Positions 62,101 through 64,000 of a stretch of 64,000 nt of DNA are shown here, piece after piece; the first letter of the stretch is position 1; each line of letters starts with the position of its first letter. Source of the stretch: Aulosira sp. ZfuVER01 (GTDB lineage: Bacteria > Cyanobacteriota > Cyanobacteriia > Cyanobacteriales > Nostocaceae). Both the position numbers and the translations under genes were made by a program. The notes beneath the pieces are model-generated. The model saw only the letters and a list, made by a program, of their open reading frames with translations. It ran no database searches and was not told the DNA's origin. Location of the stretch: assembly GCA_034530615.2 (NCBI GenBank), contig JAVRCV020000052.1, forward strand, positions 96,001 through 160,000, written 5' to 3'.

Positions 62101-63558
62101 ACGGAAAATTCCCACTGGTGCGGCTTTTGCTAAGGTGGCATACCGATGTTCGCTTTGGAGCAAAGCCTCCTGTGCTGCTTTGCGATCGCTAATGTCGCTG
62201 CCAATGCCGAGGAAGCCTGTAATATTATTTTCTGCGTCACGCAAAGCTGTTACTGACAGCAGCACCGGAAAGTGCGAACCGTCTTTGCGGATGTAAGTCC
62301 ATTCGCGCTCCTCTATTTGCCCAGATCGCGCCTTAGCTACAAATACCTCAAATCCAGGCTCAATAGTCACGCCCAGTTCTTGAGAAAGTTCTTTTGCTAC
62401 TTTTACAATTTCATCCCAGTCATGGATGATTGCTGGAGTTGTTTTCCCAACTACCTCATGGGCAGCATATCCCAGCCATCGTTCTGCGGCTGCATTAAAA
62501 GTTTGAATGATACCTTCTGGTGTGGTGGAAATAATTGTGTAGTTAGCACTATTTAAAATCGCGCGTTGCAGTGTTGTTGTATTCCTTAGCTGTGATTCTA
62601 TGCGTTGACGTTCAGTAATTTCAGCCTGTAAAGCTTCATTAGCTTCTAATAACTCTGTAGTTCGTTCTTGAACTCGAATTTCTAACTCATCGTGCGCCTT
62701 GCGTAACGCGGCCTCTGCTTGTTTGCGTAAGTGCAGCTCATAGTAGACAGCGCTAATATCACGACCTTCAGCGATGAGTATGACTACTTGCCCAGCTTCA
62801 TCAAACACAGGTTTGAGGGAAAAATCAACCATTGCTTGTGTATCTTCTGCACCCCTGAGTTCGACTTCATAACGGACAAATTGACCACAAGCTGCTTGAG
62901 CGATCGCGGTTTTTAAGCGGTTTTGGATTTGCGGGGAAATTGTCCACCACCGCGTTTCCCAAAACGAGCGATTGATGACATCAGCATGAGTCAGCCCACC
63001 AAAGTTGAGGGCGGTGCGGTTGATTTCCAAGAGTGTGCCATCTGGTTGGAGTAGCCCGATAAATTGGAAAGTCTGGTCAAAGATAGCCCGAAATCTTCTT
63101 TCGCTATCCCGTAGTGCAGCTTCTACTCTTTGCCGTTCAATAATTTGCTGTTGCAGTTTTTGGTTAGTTGCTTCTAACTGGACTGTACTAAGTATTTCTA
63201 AAGCTTTGGGTAATAATTTCACCAGCACAAGCGCTGCATAAACTGAAACCATTGCCGTCACGGCTTTGACAGCACCGGATACCCAATAATGTGGATACCA
63301 AAGTGTCCAAACTGTCATGAGATGGCTCGTGCCACAAGCGACTATAAAAGCGCTAAATAACAGAAAGATAGTTTTAAAGGGAAAGGTGTTGCCCTTGTAG
63401 ACGAAATAAAGCAACGTTAAAGGAATCGAATAATATGCCAGAGCAATTAGTGAATCGGAAAGTACGTGTAAAAATACCAGTCCTGGATTCCAGAGATAGC
63501 AATGCCCGTGGGGGATAAAGGGGCTTGAGGTAAAAAAGGTGTGTAGTAAGTCTGGCAT
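59146..63558 (-). CDS. Hybrid histidine kinase: ethylene-receptor-like TM domain, multiple PAS, HisKA/HATPase, two receiver domains
   Basis: SDSLIALAYYSIP...FIVACGTSH; repeated DISDRK/DITERK PAS ends; SHELRTPL, NAIKFS, GTGLGL. Confidence 0.92.
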   Translation of the reverse strand: MPDLLHTFFTSSPFIPHGHCYLWNPGLVFLHVLSDSLIALAYYSIPLTLLYFVYKGNTFPFKTIFLLFSAFIVACGTSHLMTVWTLWYPHYWVSGAVKAVTAMVSVYAALVLVKLLPKALEILSTVQLEATNQKLQQQIIERQRVEAALRDSERRFRAIFDQTFQFIGLLQPDGTLLEINRTALNFGGLTHADVINRSFWETRWWTISPQIQNRLKTAIAQAACGQFVRYEVELRGAEDTQAMVDFSLKPVFDEAGQVVILIAEGRDISAVYYELHLRKQAEAALRKAHDELEIRVQERTTELLEANEALQAEITERQRIESQLRNTTTLQRAILNSANYTIISTTPEGIIQTFNAAAERWLGYAAHEVVGKTTPAIIHDWDEIVKVAKELSQELGVTIEPGFEVFVAKARSGQIEEREWTYIRKDGSHFPVLLSVTALRDAENNITGFLGIGSDISDRKAAQEALLQSEHRYATLAKAAPVGIFRTDAFGHCIFLNKQACEIIGTIPEELVEEGWIKFLHHEDRQRVIRQWHQTIQQKLPFKSEHRFRNSRGKTTWVLAQAIAEIGTVGEVTGFIGTITDISDRKRSEEALSHSEATLRSFFDSAPMLMGVVEVIDDDILHISDNAAAAKFYGLTPALMQNRLASELGAPPNYIHQWIENYHEAERSHSPVRFEYTHDTLTGKRWLSATVSAISSDRSSHPRFSYIVEDISERKQSEEELQKQAFLLDLTHDTIIVRDANARITFWNRGAEEMYGWAKAEAIGQISHEFLQTQFPQPFAEIEAQLLQTGRWEGELIHIKRDGTPIVVDSRWALQRDEQGRSQRMLEMNNDITERKRAEEELRHLSLALESAVEGISQLDTQGRYLKVNPAYANAVGYQPEEMIGMEWVLTVHPEDLEKLNAAYQLMLTNGKVEAEARGVRKDKSVFDKQVVMVKAYDQQQQFMGHYCFMKDISDRREIERLKDEFVSVVSHELRTPLTSISGALDLLAGEVLLAEPEEAQRMLNIAASNTDRLVRLINDILDIERIESGKVQMTPEICDAGDLMTESIEIVEEMAEQAEVTLSVLPLSAPIWADPDRIIQVFTNLLSNAIKFSPPGSTICLSGEVLAAKRIRFQVKDQGRGIPAEKLESVFERFGQVDASDSRQKGGTGLGLAICRSILQHHNGQIWVESTLGEGSSFFFTLPLLSEDETRQRNRENQENLSPSVLIPITASSASPLVIECDDDPSIRVVVQTMLERQGYRVMAAASGQEAVEQAKLYHPDAIILNLMMPGMDGWETLAILKQQPHTQNIPVIILSGLLPDAKKGLPQSVSDWIVKPPNPKLLCQALEKATATQNPCIKVLIVEDDLDLAQVLIALFNRHGITTFYAQTGREAIQISQNILPDLLVLDLGLPENDGFAVVDWLRQHQRLCQVPLIVYTARDLDESDRDRLKLGQTLFFTKGRITPQEFEQRVINLLNRMIGDHREVSQD

Positions 63559-63559
63559 A

Positions 63560-63607
63560 GGGAGTGTGGGAGGTGTGGGGAGTGTGGGGGGTGTGGGGAG
63601 TGTGGGA
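63560..63607. repeat. Tandem 9-10-bp GGGAGTGTG-like repeats
   Basis: GGGAGTGTGGGAGGTGTGGGGAGTGTGGGGGGTGTGGGGAGTGTGGGA. Confidence 0.8.
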
Positions 63608-63640
63608 AGATGGAGAATAGAGCGGTCGAAATTAAAGAAG

Positions 63641-64000
63641 ATGGAAGAAAAAGGGAAAAAGTATTTTAGAACTCATGAGGATTTAGCTGTTTATCAATTG
63701 GCATTTGAAATAGCGATGCAAATTTTTGAATATTCTAAAAAATTCCCAGATGAAGAAAAATATTCATTAACCGATCAAATTCGGCGCTCCTCTCGCTCAG
63801 TCTGTGCGAATCTGGCGGAAGCTTGGAGAAAACGGAGATATAAAGCCGCTTTTATCGCTAAACTAAATGATTGTGAATCTGAAGCAGCAGAAACTCAAGT
63901 TTGGTTAAAGTTTGCCGTAAAATGCCAGTATCTCACCGTCGAAGAAGGAAGAGAACTCTACGGAAATTACAATCAAGTCCTTAGTGGCTTAGTCAAAATG
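63641..64000 (+). CDS. Four-helix-bundle protein (23S rRNA intervening-sequence protein family), truncated by the window edge
   Basis: Not in the ORF track; translates HEDLAVYQLAF..FPDEEKYSLTDQIRRSSRSVCANLAEAW..EAAETQVWL. Confidence 0.88.
   Translation, partial: MEEKGKKYFRTHEDLAVYQLAFEIAMQIFEYSKKFPDEEKYSLTDQIRRSSRSVCANLAEAWRKRRYKAAFIAKLNDCESEAAETQVWLKFAVKCQYLTVEEGRELYGNYNQVLSGLVKM

Larger units (their letters stand above)
1..64000. repeat. Dispersed HIP1 octamer GCGATCGC, many copies
   Basis: Examples at 241, 4029, 10975, 11561, 11601; strongly over-represented by eye. Confidence 0.95.

Noticed and set aside
63641..64000. Four-helix-bundle protein as DGR Avd
   Set aside because: It fits the widespread IVS-protein family, and no RT is visible; the sequence beyond the window is unknown.

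Overview
Chromosomal window from a filamentous, probably Nostocales cyanobacterium (inferred from abundant HIP1 GCGATCGC octamers, short tandem repeats and the gene set). Most of it is housekeeping or signalling: egtB/egtC, msrB, a phytochrome-RR-HK cluster, hemW, clpR/clpP, moaD, tldD, coaE, cobA-hemD, tocopherol genes, Ktr K+ uptake, queA, lnt, gyrA and a large ethylene-receptor-like kinase. Main find: a translationally coupled gene pair at 32912-36492. A small helical effector ends in a 24-aa motif (ENWQGINIKGGE..I.NP..NFGS) that recurs at the N-terminus of the adjacent NB-ARC/TPR receptor, the architecture of NLR amyloid signalling (Bell/BASS type). The receptor has 13 near-identical, site-variable TPR units, and a divergent heptad-repeat ORF lies next to the pair. 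Other accessory features: two orphan CRISPR arrays (one beside a possible cas1 remnant and carrying an apparent off-register spacer integration scar), a hicAB cassette between 48-bp HIP1-bounded direct repeats, a tandem-Cys phytochrome, and an Rpn gene with a candidate internal antitoxin start. All calls come from reading the sequence; no searches were run.
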